A stretch of DNA of 64,000 nt, taken from assembly GCA_951406725.2 (NCBI GenBank), contig OX597820.1, forward strand, positions 34,596,001-34,660,000, read 5' to 3'. Position 1 is the stretch's first letter. Each line of letters begins with the position of its first letter. A model generated the notes under the pieces. It saw only the letters and a program-made list of their open reading frames with translations. It searched no databases and was not told where the DNA came from. This stretch comes from Octopus vulgaris. Taxonomy: Eukaryota. Positions 40,086 to 54,817 of the stretch are shown one piece after another. Made by a program: the position numbers and the translations under genes.

Positions 40086-40948
40086 TTCTATACAGTTTCC
40101 GTCTACCAAATTCACTCAAAAAAGTATTGGTCGGCCGGGTGATATAGTAAAAAACAAAAAAGGGTGCCCAAATGGGTACCTACTCTGTATGCCATGCAGA
40201 GTGACTGAACTTGAAATCATGTGGTTGGAAAAACTTCTTAACCGCACAGCCATGCTTGCGCTTATCTGAAGAAAGTTACATTAACTAAATTGCACGGCAG
40301 GGTGTGATTTGAGGTAAGTATTTGGCTGTTATTTCTTCTAGGTCAAGAAACCACGTAGAGATTGATTCTGGGTTTGTCACGACAGAATAGGCAAATATGG
40401 GATACGCCCACCAGTTTTACCTACCCCACCCTTTTTTCACTGATTTCCGCCAGATGCAGTTGGTAATAAAGTTTACCCCTTAGTACCACACCCGACTGAC
40501 ACCATGTACCCGATGACACATCTACACTGCAGCTGCTACAGAGACGACTGGAATGAGTATGTTGGTAGTGGTGACGGCGGTGATGGTTGTGACGGTGATA
40601 GTAGAGATGGAGGTGACAGAGATGATGATGGTTGTGGTGATGGTGGTGATGGCGGTGGTAGTGGTGATGGTAAAGAAAATGATGATGGTGGTGGTGATGG
40701 TGGAGGTAATGGTAAAGTAAGTGATGGTGCCCATGTTAATAGTAGTGATATTAGTTATGTAGTAATTATAGTCATGGTGGTGATAGTATAGTAACACTAG
40801 TCATGGAAGTGGTGGCGGTGATATCAATGTGTTAATGATGGTGGTGACGGTATGTTTATTGTTGTTGTTGCCGTAACTGTTGTTCTTGCTGAAGTTGTTG
40901 AGGAATGTCGACAACCCACTCCGAAATGCACGCACACACGCGCATACA

Positions 40949-41020
<72 letters not shown>

Positions 41021-42311
41021 GTGCGGGAATACACACATACATGCACATGCACGCACGCAACACGCATAAGGTGTCGAAACCATAAAAATCCATAGTAAGA
41101 TAGCGTCTGAGGGGTGTTTTTCTTTCGTTTATTTCATTTATGTATTCTCATCATTTGTGCTTTATTTCATACAATTATGAAATCGACGCACAAAGTATGA
41201 TTTTGCACAACTCTTTTCCCAACCACGAAAACGAGGTCAGTCGCATAATTTTGAGGTCTTTAGATCAACTCTGCCTGAACAATATGTTTTCCACAGAGCA
41301 TAATGAGAAAATGAGGGAATGAAACTTCGAAGATATACCGTCAACTTCATTTGTATTATTTAGTACATAATCTTTTAATGTGAAGTATGTTTGTCTGTGT
41401 TTTGCGTAGCCCAGAGTTGCCTCTGATGTAGCAGAGCCATCACATAGTTTTTTGTAAATCTGTGTCTTTCTTTTGATGAAAAGGTGTGCTCTAAGAAAGA
41501 TTTGGCTGCTATTTATAGTAGCTCAAGTTACCACAGAGACACCTGTGTGTGTGTTTTGTTGTGAAAAAAATACTTTTTCTCAGAATTTTTGCGCAATAAT
41601 TTTTAAAGAAATCTGGATACCTTTCTTACTACTGATCATTCAGCTTCAAATTACAATTGTTAATTGTTGGAAGTGAAGTAGACTGCGATGTACATATAGT
41701 GTTATCGTATAGAGCAGAAGTTCAATACGAAGTTTTGAACTCATTATCTTGTGGTTAGTAATCCATTACCTTAAATTTGTAGCCATTAAGTCTTTAAACA
41801 TTATTTTAGTGGGTTTAGTCTTTCGACTGTCGCCATGATGGTATATCACCTTCAAAAATTTAATTGATCATACTGACCTCAGTACGTATTTCAATCTGGT
41901 ATTTATGTTATAGAACTCTGCTTGGTGAATTGCTGAGACATAGTGGGACACAATACTCGATTTAACAACAAATGAAAACACACACACACACACACATACA
42001 CGTATTAGGTGCAAGATTGACCGTGTGGTTGAGAAGTTTGCTTCCCAACCACATGGTACCATTGTTCAGTCCCTCTACATGGTACCTCGGGCAAGTGTTT
42101 TCTACTATAACCCTAGGCCAACCACAGACTTGTAACTGAATTTGGTAGACGGAAACTGCAGCGTTGTTCATTAGAAAATGACCGAAAACATGTTTATAAA
42201 GAAGAGTTGTTTGCTTCATAATCCTCATGTGCCGATTCTGCCGATACAAAAGGAAGAAATAATACTATGTGGCTGTAGGTTATAACACCCGGGCAACGCC
42301 GGAGTGCATTG

Positions 42312-42430
<119 letters not shown>

Positions 42431-42830
42431 AACAATAAAAATAATTACAGACATGGACAAGAACATGAAACGCCACAGAGACGACACAAGAACCACAGGA
42501 CGGGACATTCGAAGCCCTCAGTCATCAGTCAAGAACCAGATCATCTTAGCAATTTCGGCTGATTAATCTTGAGATTGCTCCGATATGGGCAGCCCGCCAC
42601 GGGAAATCTAAGCCAAGTGCATTAGATCCCCTGGAAGAAAGCTTCGAATGTATACAACACGAGGACGGAAAACGAACGAAGTACACGAACAAAAATACAG
42701 AATACGTGACAACAATAAGAATACAAAAACGTAAAAACAATAACGGTAAAAATAAAGTATAAAAAATAAACAACAAAACAAAACAGGACGTATATATATA
42801 TAGCCGTACATACACTCACACACAAACATA

Positions 42831-43058
42831 TACAAGGTTGGTCAAAAGTCCCCTGACAGTAAATCAAAACCCACGTTATTCCAAGATTAAAACAAAAAAA
42901 TTATTTCATATGAGACTTCCCTAATAAATAGACAAATGTTGAAAAAAAAAAATGATGATTTTAACTCGCAGCATTCAATTTTCAAACATTCATAATTGGA
43001 ATGAAATGAATAACTAAATTTGAATATTAAGTATTTATGGACTTTTGGTCACCCTGTA
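42831..43058. mobile_element. Tc1/mariner-type MITE
   Basis: TIRs tacaaggttggtcaaaagtcc / ggacttttggtcaccctgta with TA ends. Confidence 0.7.
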
Positions 43059-43131
43059 TATATAATATATAGTACATATATGAAATATCGATACGTAAGC
43101 CCGATAAGCTAAGAGGAAACGAATGACTTAC

Positions 43132-43242
43132 CAAGAACTCCAGGTGGACAGGGTTGAATGTCGTGATACCCAACCTGTGTGCCAAACCATAAGATGCCAC
43201 TGCCATTGAAGGAATCAACTTCTTCAGGACAATGTAATGTAT
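43132..43242 (-). CDS. Adhesion GPCR (latrophilin/BAI-like), internal exon: N-terminal half of HormR domain
   Basis: tattttcag acceptor and G|gtaagt donor; 111 nt, phase 1-1; translates (x)TLHCPEEVDSFNGSGILWFGTQVGYHDIQPCPPGVL(G), matching the HormR pattern C-x-W-x-T-x-G-x-CP-x-G; splices in frame to the 21019 exon. Confidence 0.92.
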
Positions 43243-43568
43243 CTGAAAATAGTAAAAATATTTGCAATATAACATGAGTTATCAAGGAACAATATTCAGC
43301 TCAAAAGTTTTCGGTCAGATTTTTAAAAACTTTTACTTGCTTCAATCATTGGGCTGCGGTCATGCTGGGGCAGTGCCTTGAAGTGTTTTTAGTCGAACAA
43401 ATCGCTCCCAGTACTTGTCTATTTTAAAGTCGGGTATTCATTCTATCGAACTCTTTTGCTGAACCGCTAGATTACAGGAAAGTAAACAAACCAGCATCGG
43501 TTGAGACATAGAAAAACAGAGGCACACATACTCACACACTCTCTGTGCCCCTCTCTGCCTTTTTTTTC

Positions 43569-43604
<36 letters not shown>

Positions 43605-44650
43605 ACATACACACACATCTTCCATACAATTTCCGACTACCAAATCCCCTCAGAAGGCACTAGACGACCCGGGACTATAGTAGAAGACACTTTCTCAAGG
43701 TACATCGAGGTGGGAGTGAACCTGAAACCACGAAGCTGGTTCTTAACCACACATCCCATACTTACGCCTATCAATGTCAAAATTCTTTGTGTATCTATGT
43801 GTATATCTGTGGGTATATGTATATATGTGTGAGTGTGTGTGTATATATGTATATATGTGTGTGTCTTTGTGTCTGTGTTTGTCTCCCACCGCTTGACAAA
43901 CGGTGTTGGTATGTTAGCGGTTCGGCAAGAGAGACCGATAGAATAAGTACTAGGCTTAAAAAATTAACTCCTGGGGTCGATTTGTTCGACTAAAACTCTT
44001 GAAGGCGGTACCCCAGCATGACCGCAATCAAATGACTGAAAAAGTAAAAGATAAAAGATGTATGTGTGTGTGTGTGCTAACGTGAATGATGTTAAATGGT
44101 GGTTGTATTAAAACCTGTAAACTGCAAAATTAATAGATAAATGAATAAATAAATAACAGAAATATAATGAAAAACAAAACAAAAAAAGTCTTACAAAACA
44201 TTAGGATCTTTCTTATTTTTGAAAATGCTCCTGTGGAGATTTAATGCTAATAACATCTGTGTTATTTTAAATAATGTTTCTTCTTATCTAATTATATTTA
44301 GAATTAAATAACAACAACAGCAACAACAACAACGATAACAACAACAACAAAGACAACAGCAGCAACAACACCGGCAACCACCAGCATAACAAAAGTAACA
44401 ACAGAAACAAAAAAAAAAAAAGAAAAAAAAGCAACTGTAATTAATGAATGGCCTGGTATTAGGCGTTCAGGAGTAATTTGAACGTGGTCCAAGGAACCAC
44501 GATTTGTCTTAACAATGAATTATGTTAAGCTTTAGAGCGAAAAAAATTAGGAAAAAACCAGTCAGTAGATGTGCAAAATAGATTTCAGTTTCTCACAGTA
44601 TATATATATGTATATATGTATATATATATTTTATATATATATATATATAA

Positions 44651-44753
<103 letters not shown>

Positions 44754-44962
44754 CGTGTGTGTGTATGTGTTTATATATATAAATATAAATATATGTTTAT
44801 AATGAGCAGATGGCTGTGGTTAAGAAACTCGCTTTGCAGCCGTGTGGTTTCCAGTTTAGACCTACTGCGCACCATCTTGGGCAAGTTTCTTCAACTATAG
44901 ACTCCTGGCTGACCGATGTCTGTGAGTGGGTTCGGAAACTACGTGGAATCCCGTCGTATATG

Positions 44963-44999
<37 letters not shown>

Positions 45000-45152
45000 T
45001 TCTATGTGTGTAGCCGATAAAATAAGTGCTAGACTTTAAAATAAATTTTGGGATCGATCTGCTTAACTAATAACACTTCAAAGCAGTGCCCCAGCTTAGC
45101 TACGATCTAATAACTGAAACAAATAAAAAATCACACACACACGCATCTATGT

Positions 45153-45246
<94 letters not shown>

Positions 45247-45400
45247 ATATTTAACTGAAAACATTTGGAGTCTGCAAGAAGGAGTAAGGTTGGACATTTA
45301 TTTTTAATCACTACATATATTTATATATCGCCTGAGGAAACACGACTATATCTCATAATCTCATAATGCAGGGAAACGGTTGCATAGTTAGGTACCCGCA

Positions 45401-45438
45401 CGCCTGGAGAGCTACATTGCGTAGAAACAATTGTAGTA
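45401..45438 (+). ncRNA. Degenerate minimal type I hammerhead-like motif
   Basis: cgc CTGGAGA gc tac-attgc-gta GAAA CAATTG TA gt; palindromic stem III ACAATTGT; core A6G. Confidence 0.45.
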
Positions 45439-46799
45439 ATTAAAAATAAATGTCCAACTGTACTCCTAGTTGACTCCAAATTTTTTCCAATTATCTATTC
45501 GGACACGACAGATGCCCAAACGCAAACCTGGAAGTACGCATAATACTACTACTGAGTAGCACAAGGTGAAATCTGAAGGTGGACAAGCTTTATACTTTAC
45601 CCTACTATGTTCTTAACAGAATATACCGTAATGTGTGTGTATGTTTGCGTTTATATATTAGTGTAGCTTCGTCCGGAGAAGAATAGCAACGTTTCTGGCC
45701 GGTTTCACAGATGTCTCCGAGAGTTGTGGTTCTGGAGATGTTAGAAAGAAGGAAGGAGCCACTGCAAATCGGTTATCTTCAGATTAAAAATGTGGTCCAA
45801 AGAAATGCACTCACATTGTGAACTCGGTTAAAAGCATCTGAGGGTAATCTAATGTTGTCTTTAAAATAAGTTAACGGATTATGCCTACCACCTAAAACAA
45901 GGATTTTCCACAAAATTTCTATCAGCCAAATTTCCCTGACAATGCTTTGTTATACCCGAGGCACTTCTTGAATACTTTTGTCCAAGATTAATATACAGCC
46001 ATATCGAAACCGAAACCACGCGTCTGCAAAACCAACCAGCTAACCGCATGACCATGACCACGACATAAAAAATAAGTTTACCACCCAAATATACCACCCA
46101 AAATCTGCAAGAGCTGAAGCAAACATTGGCCAATATCCTACAGAAACCAGATTGTAAAGATATGAAAGAAAATAAGAGCATCTGTTTAATATCTTTGCCG
46201 TTATCAACTTTGTATAGAGCGAGGTAGTTTGAATTTCGGGCAAGGTTTTGCAACATTATGTAACATAATAAGAATTGTTGGTGTTGTTTTTGTTTCTTTA
46301 CTGGTGTATACTTAATTTTCATTCATTTTGTTAACCCTTATTTTCAGAAATTGCTGATTGAAAAAAGAAAAGGAAATCCACAAGAACTAGAAAAGAAACC
46401 GTTTGATTCAACGAGGGAGCCACTTGGCAATAACAGCCAAATCTCCCTCAAATAAAAAGAACGAAAAATCCAGCGCCCGTTCGTGAATATTATGCATAGG
46501 CGTATAGAATATATGATGTGCCCGCACACGCGCGCGCGCATACACTCTCACACACGCACACATCAAAAACAGGATTAAATGTTCTTCCCAGGCAGTAGGC
46601 TCGTGTAGTCAGTCCACGAGTTCAGTGGCGTATATACTACCTTCCAGAACGGGATGCCGGATCGTCGTAAGAATATACCTACATATACACATATGTATAT
46701 ATGGTTAATCCAAACAAGAAAACACAAAAAAACAACAACGCGAGGACGTGGAACAAATATAGTATTATTGGATGCTCAGGAAAGAAGGGAAGAAGGAGG

Positions 46800-46834
46800 G
46801 TTTAACGTTTCGAGCGGAGCTCTTCGTCGGAAAC
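46800..46834 (-). ncRNA. Minimal type I hammerhead-like motif (repeat 46702-46887)
   Basis: gttt CCGACGA a gagc-tcc-gctc GAAA CG TT aaac; stems intact, core U4C; the two-copy consensus restores CTGACGA. Confidence 0.65.
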
Positions 46835-46897
46835 ATAGAAGGAAAGATCCCGAGAAGGGAAGAGAGAGGAAAAAAAATCGCCAACGGTATATATATG

Positions 46898-46946
<49 letters not shown>

Positions 46947-47324
46947 ATATATGTATATATACATTTTTTGAACTGACACTCCAACGGTTACGATTACGAA
47001 TGTTCCAGTTGATCTGATCAACAACCTGCTGGTGAAGTTAGCGTGCAAGTGGCTGAGCACTCCACAGACCAGTGTACCCTTAACATAGATCTCAGAGAGA
47101 TTCACAGTGACACACTGAATGTGACAAGGCTGGCCCTTTGTATAACATGTACTACCAATTTTTGCCAGCTAAGTGGACTGGGGCAATAAGGAATAAAATA
47201 TTTTGCTGAAGGATAAACGCGCCGCCGAGAATTGAACTCATGTCCTTACGATCGTGAGCCGAATACCTTAACCATCTCTACACACACATACATACATACA
47301 TATATACATACATACATACATACA

Positions 47325-47360
<36 letters not shown>

Positions 47361-47384
47361 TACATACATACATACATACATACA

Positions 47385-47416
<32 letters not shown>

Positions 47417-48210
47417 AACGCACAAACACATACACACACATACACACAGAAGCACAGACACACAGACATACACACACATACACACAGAAGCACAGACACA
47501 CAGACATACACACATATGTATAGTCACATATTTATATACATACACACATATTTGTATAACCACATACACTTATATACATGCATATATACATGCATACTTA
47601 CTAATATACATGCATACATATTTATAATATATATGAGTGTGTGTGTGCATGTGTGTGTATGTATGTATGTATGTATGTATGTATGTATGTATGTATGTAT
47701 ATATGTGCGTGTGCATACCTGATTAAAAACTGAGAAAGCAACAATTTAAGGCAATGAAAAATATATAGAAGTGTGGTATATGCTTATTCAGATGAAGGAA
47801 GTTACATGACAACACGTATTTCATTCGCCTTTCGAGAGTATCAGACTGCACGCCATAGAATTCAGGTTTTATACATGCGCACCAACATACACACATACAT
47901 ACATACATACATACATACATACATACATACATACATACATACATACATACATACATACAATACATACATACGTACATACATACATACATATATATATATA
48001 ATAAAGTATGTGATTGAGTATTATCTGGTAATTGATATTTGATTTAGATGTATTTCTCTATTTTCTTATCTTGTATATATATACATACACATGTATATAT
48101 ATATATATGTATATTTATACACATACGCCTCCACACGCCTACGCACACACGCACAAACAAAAACACAAACGCACACACACACTCTACACACACACAGATA
48201 CACACACATA

Positions 48211-49330
48211 TCAGGCTGAGTAAAAGTAATGTTTAGAAACATGAAATTCTTCACAATATATTTCAACAATACAGAAATTTTATTCATCAAAGTAAGCTCC
48301 ATTACAATGAACATTTTTGCCAACGAGTTGCAAGTGTGTTTATTCTGTTAACATAAAAATCTAGAGTTCTTGAGCTGATGAACTCTTTGATCCTCCTCTC
48401 TCAGGATACCATCAAGGTACTTGAAAGAGTGGTAGTCGGTAGGAGAAAGGTCTGGGGAATAAGCTGGGTGGGGAACAACTTCATAGCCAAATTCCCTCAA
48501 CTTCTGGAGCGTCATTAGTGAAACGTGTGGTCGAGCATAGTCATGAAGAATGATTGACCCTCTTCTGTTGACCAATCTGGGATAGAGGAGTAGCAGTTTT
48601 ACGTTCATTTTGGCAATTTCATGGCAATATGTTTCTGCAGTAATGGTTTTTCTGAGATTTAAGAAGTTATAGTGGATGAGTCCAGCAGTACACCACTAAA
48701 CAGTCACCATAACCCGCTTTTTGAAGAGCTCGGGTTTAGGGAGTTTCCGATGCTTCATTTTGGTCCAACCACTGCGGAGAACGTTTTTTATTACTGTACA
48801 GAATCCACTTTTCATCGCAAGATATAATAGGGTCGAGAAATGGATCAGTTTGGTTACGGAGAAGCTACGAGCAAATTTCATATCTGCGCATTTTCTGGTT
48901 TTCATTCAAATCGTGTGTTATCCATTTGTTGAGGTTTTTGATATTTTGATCGCATGCAAATGGTTGCAGGTAGTTTTCTGGCTAACCTGAAGTTCTTTTG
49001 CAAGTTCTCAAGTGGTTTTACGTGGATCTTTCTCAATAACGGTCTTTAATTGACCGTCATCGATGATAGATGGGCGTCCACTACGTTCACAATCTTCAAG
49101 GCTCAGGTCTCCACTGTGAAATCGTTTAAACTATTTTCGAGCTGACCACTCACTGGCCATTTCCTTATCAAACGTTGCGTTGATATCGTGAGCAGTTTCA
49201 GCTACTTTATTTACTTTTTTGAAGTTGAATAGCAAAATTGCTCGAATATTGTGCTTTGGCAGTAAATAAATAAAAAAATTTACGGAAATTAACGAACTCC
49301 GGATGATGAAATCACATTCAGTTAAAAATA
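48211..49330 (-). mobile_element. Mariner (DD34D-type) transposon, decayed
   Basis: Transposase motifs HDYARPH, HPAYSPDLSPTDYH and N-terminal HTH remnants (SGRPSI); TA|tcaggctgagtaaaagtaa end at 48211. Confidence 0.9.
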
Positions 49331-49696
49331 TTTCTAAACGATTAAAATATTGTGTACGTCAAAAGTTTACGTTCTTCTTTCTTAGAAAGCTTGAAACTAT
49401 GTGTGTGTATATGTCACATATAGTGGACCTGTGTCTGTGTTGATTGACAAGCCATGACATTCATTATATGTGTGTGTATTCTGTATGTCTGTTGACGTCA
49501 CGGAAGCCATGTTTATTTTCGTCAAGAAATAGCAAACAAAAATTGTTTTTAATCTTCAAAATAGAGGTCAAAATATCACAAAAATTTGTACTGCCAAAGG
49601 TAGGTATGGAAATAAATATGTAAAAAATATATAAAGAAAAATATACTATTTCTGAGATATTTCAGGTACACACAAACATCTCTAGAGCTTTAGTAT

Positions 49697-49823
<127 letters not shown>

Positions 49824-50292
49824 CTGTCTGTACATATAGATCTAGAAATCTTTTCTACTAACGCTAGAGCTGCAATTAAATAATTGCATGAAGAACATGA
49901 AAAACAGCAACAAAGATATTGAAGTGTTACCTTCGAAATATTTAACAATTGTGATGTTTCGAGTAAAATATTCCTAATCACAGTTTTAAGGAAATAACAT
50001 CGAGAAAACGAATAAGTAAATTCGCAGTTGCGTTGCTATAGTAACACACAGATACACAAACATATATATATATATCTAGTAAATTGGACCGTGGCATGAT
50101 TTGGACTTAGAACCTAAAAGCAGGCTCATAAATTGTAAGGCTCTTTAACCAATGTGCTAATCGGTTGGCCAATCCAACGCAATAGGAACACAATTAAATT
50201 ACTAGAGAAATCCTTGGATATAAAGCTTATACCAGCATATAACAAGTATGCCATAACGTTTTTTAACACACACAGCTGCCTGCTGTAGATAC

Positions 50293-50354
<62 letters not shown>

Positions 50355-50803
50355 TAAAAATATTTATAATAATAATAATAATGATGATGATAATAATAAT
50401 AATAACGAGACGATGTTGACGATGATGATGATGATGACAACGACAACGACGACGAAGATTTCTTATTAACAGCTATAATTATAACGGCAGAAACAGTGAT
50501 AATAGGAAAGACGGTGGAAAAATGATTACTTCTGATGCATATCAACAGCGAGAATAAGAGCAACAACAACAACAACAACAGTAACAATAAAAATAACAAT
50601 GGCGACGGTGATGGCGTGCGTTCATGATGTTGATAATGATAACGGCGACGACGTACATACACACACAGACACACGCACATATATACATATACGTATGTGT
50701 ATATGTATGTATATACATAACAATATAACCACTTATTCTGTTTCTTTATCTCCAACGAGATTTATCCCTGCCATACACATTAGTGGTAAGTAATATATAG
50801 CTT

Positions 50804-50860
<57 letters not shown>

Positions 50861-50922
50861 GTGTGTCTGGCGTGTGCACCTCTGTATTTATATATATATA
50901 TATATATACCTATACATACATA

Positions 50923-50960
<38 letters not shown>

Positions 50961-50972
50961 ATACATACATAC

Positions 50973-51011
<39 letters not shown>

Positions 51012-51016
51012 CATAC

Positions 51017-51082
<66 letters not shown>

Positions 51083-51569
51083 ATACATACATACACATAT
51101 ATATATATATATATATATATACACAATATAATATATACATAGACATACATGCATGCATACATACACATTGCATACATCTCTATGTATATACATAGCTATG
51201 TTAGCATCATTATTCTCCCTCGATATATATACACATACACACACACACACATTATACATTCAGACATACACATACATACTTGCACATACACACACACATA
51301 TACATACGAATGCCCAAACATATATAGCTTCCCCAAAATTCTTTCAGATCTTCAAAAACACTCTCTACTCTGCTTCCGTCCCAGAATAAGAACTGTATTT
51401 GAAGAGGCTGTTGCCTATTTCTTCTTTATCGGTCTAAACCTGAAGTAGATTAGGGTTTCTGGAACAAAGACATACACCACCATCTACCTCACACCTCTTA
51501 CAAAAATTTTGTTTAAAAAATCATGTACATGCATAATAACAAATAATTACAGGCAGAGCTATTTTCTAG

Positions 51570-51605
<36 letters not shown>

Positions 51606-51787
51606 ACATATAGCTGATGAGGCTTAAGACAAGATCCTCTTAAATTTTCTTTTGTCTATTTTGTCAAAAATGTTATTTACCACATGGGTGGTAGATGGAA
51701 GAACAAGAAATGAGTAGATGTCGGGGTTTATATTGAAATCAAACGGATGATAAAGACAAGAAGTGAAATGAAAGTATAAGCAACATA

Positions 51788-52283
51788 TAAAGTTCTGTAA
51801 TGTCCCTGGAGGAAAAGCCCCACCACGGCCTATCAAAACCCAAATCGAGAGTATTCTGAATTTCAAGTTTGTTACTCTCCCCAATTCGCAATTTTCTTGG
51901 GCAAGCAAGTACTCTCCTTTGTAACACATCTCTCCCATGCTGTTTTCTTTTCCAGAAGTCGACGTATTCCTCCTGTAGTGGGACATAGACACTAACGGAA
52001 TAACATGCAAAGACTATTTGTTTGCTGTATCTCTTTGTTTAATTGTATTTGCTTATTTTTGTTTGTCACGCAAAAGAAAAGAGACCAAAATCTCTTGGGC
52101 AACAGTTTTTGTAAATATTTTCGGTGTTCCGTCTTTTAATGCCTGACTGCTCTCTTGAAGCTATATTACACTACTTGTAAACAATGAATTTTGTTTGCTA
52201 AAATATAAATAAATGGCTAAAAACTGAAAATACTTTTGATAGGCTACGGTGGTGCTTTTCCTCCAGGGACATTATAGAATTTT
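51788..52283. mobile_element. MITE-like element with ~50-bp terminal inverted repeats
   Basis: taaagttctgtaatgtccctggaggaaaagccccaccacggcctatcaaaa vs reverse complement of 52234-52283; no coding capacity. Confidence 0.75.
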
Positions 52284-52428
52284 ATTTATTGTTTATAATT
52301 TTACTTTATTTTTATATTTTTATCATTCATTTTTTCAGTGTAAATGAGAATAATAATAACATCAGCAACAACAAAAACAAACAAACAACAACAACTAAAA
52401 TAATAATAATAACAACAATAATAATGAT

Positions 52429-52986
52429 AAATGCCCTGATGCAGTACCAGGCAGTGGCTATCGTGGCTTCTGATCTTAACTGATTGGAAGTGTTATCATG
52501 TACATTGTTTTGTCGTGGTATAAAAGATGGGCTACAGCAAATATTATGCTCAGTATCACAGATTTGCTTGTCAGTTGTTTGACCTTAACCAGTTGAGCAT
52601 GTCCCTTAGTGGCTGACGATATGTGCATCTCTGATCACGAGCAGAAGTAGTGGGGGAGCATCATAGCCATGTGTTGAGAGGGATTCTTTGGGGTTTGAAT
52701 AATTCACCTCTGGAAACATGAGTGTTTCGTTCAACATCCTTAAACAACCCTTATTCAGGAACCTTTTGAGCAGGATGGGTTACTCGACCAGAAGAAAATT
52801 CTAACTGGGCCCCACCTTCAAGGTTATGTGCTGTTTATCTTGATATGAGATCACCATGTCACGCACATATGGCTGTGATGCATGTGCCTAGTGTTCCCTT
52901 ATCAGACGGGTAGTCATGATGGGTGTACTGGGTTTCGTATATTTTACCCCAGTGTCACTTTGATGGCATGCACTGTTCTCTCACTC

Positions 52987-53053
<67 letters not shown>

Positions 53054-53744
53054 GCCCTGATGCAGTAAAAAATGCCCTGATGCAGTACCAATGCTCTGAT
53101 GCAGTACCAATGCCCTGATGCAGTACCAATGCCCTGATGCAGTACCAATGACCTGATGCAGTACCAATGTCCTGATGCAGTACCATAAATGCCCTGATGC
53201 AGTACTAGGCAGTGGCGCTCATGGCTTCTGATCTTAACTGATTGGAAGTGTTATCATGTACATTGTTTTGTCTTGGTATAAAAGATGGGCTACAGCAAAT
53301 ATTCTGCTCAATACCACAGATTTGCTCGTCAGTTGTTTGACCTTAACCAGTTGAGCATGTCCCTTAGTGGCTGACGATATGTGCATCTCTGATCACGAGC
53401 AGAAGTAGTGGGGGAGCATCATAGCCATGTGTTGAGAGGGATTCTTTGGGGTTTGAATAATTCACCTCTGAAAACATGGGTGGTTCTTTCAACATCCTTA
53501 AACAACCCTTATTCAGGAACCTTTTGAGCAGGATGGACTACTCAACCTGAAGAAAATTCTAACTGGGCCCCACCTTCAAGGTTATGTGCTGTTTATCTTG
53601 ATATTAGATCACCATGTCGCGCACATATGGTTGTGATGCATGTGCCTGGTGTACCTTTATCAGACGGGTAGTCATGATGGGTATATTGGGCTTCGTATAT
53701 TTTACCCCAGTGTCACTTTGACGGCATGCACTGCTCTCTGACTC
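52429..53744 (+). mobile_element. Two direct ~560-bp copies of an (AAT)n-flanked retroposon separated by a 19-bp tandem array
   Basis: Near-identical copies 52429-52986 and ~53187-53744, each ending ctcaataataat; seven aatgccctgatgcagtacc-type units at 53054-53185; orientation inferred from the AAT tail. Confidence 0.85.
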
Positions 53745-53849
53745 AATAATAATAATAAGACACCTTCACATAATTAGCATAGTATAGGAGAGGTATAACT
53801 GCCTATCCTAAAAAAGTCTTAAAACTTCTGAAATGCGCATCGTGTGTAT

Positions 53850-53883
<34 letters not shown>

Positions 53884-54401
53884 ATGCGTGTATGTGTGTG
53901 TGTCTGTTTGTCTGTCTGTACAAATGTGTAGGTGCACACAAGCATACACGCATTGAAACATGCATGCTGTCTGAGACGCACGCCAATTTAGTGTTGTAAT
54001 AAGACAATGGCGCCAATCTTTAATTTGATCCTACCGATCCCCACACTGCAGGCCATAAGAGACCTACTCGTGTTGAAATTAGCTAATAACTCTTTCCTAC
54101 TTACCTCCCTTGTTAGCACTGTTTTCTTCTTCATAACGTCAGGCAGATACCACTGTTCCTCATGCTACTATTACTACTCCTACTCCTTCTCTTTCGCTGT
54201 GCCCACCTTCTCGTCGTAACCCACCGGTTTTCTACTCGTTCACACACCTTGATCTGTATACCATACACTTTCTCATGTTGTCATACCGATCCTTCTAGAA
54301 CCACTCACAAAAACAAGCATACGCCCCACTGCATAAAACCATGTGCACACACACAGTTATACACAAATGCACTAAGACGTTCCATACTCAAAATCAGGCA
54401 G

Positions 54402-54489
<88 letters not shown>

Positions 54490-54741
54490 GTATACATTCA
54501 CCTACACACACATACACATACACATTCTTTTCTTTTACTTGTTACATTTCTTTGACTGATGGAGTACCGCTTTAAAGGGTTTTTAGTCGAAGAAATCGAC
54601 CCCAGGACTTATTCTTTCTAAGCCTAGCACTTATTCTATCGGACTCTTTTCCCGAATCGCTATGTTACGGAGACGTAAACTCATCAACATCGGTTGTCAA
54701 GCGATGGTTGGGGAAGAGAAAACGTAGACTAAAAAACACAC

Positions 54742-54817
<76 letters not shown>

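Noticed and set aside
42495-42535. CTGATGA...GAATGTC on the minus strand in a TA-flanked repeat
   Set aside because: No GAAA box and no stem I pairing; does not fold as a hammerhead.
46348-46455. Plus-strand exon-like frame KLLIEKRKGNPQELEKKPFDSTREPLGNNSQISLK*
   Set aside because: Its 3' half is a copy of the dispersed repeat (caacgagggagcc...cagccaaatctccctcaaat).
53054-53185. 19-bp direct repeat array as possible CRISPR
   Set aside because: No spacers, eukaryotic context, and the units equal the terminus of the adjacent retroposon.
54104-54165. Strong minus-strand donor GAG|gtaagt preceded by HEEQWYLPDVMKKKTVLTRE
   Set aside because: No polypyrimidine acceptor, the phase does not fit the next exon, and no homology was recognised.
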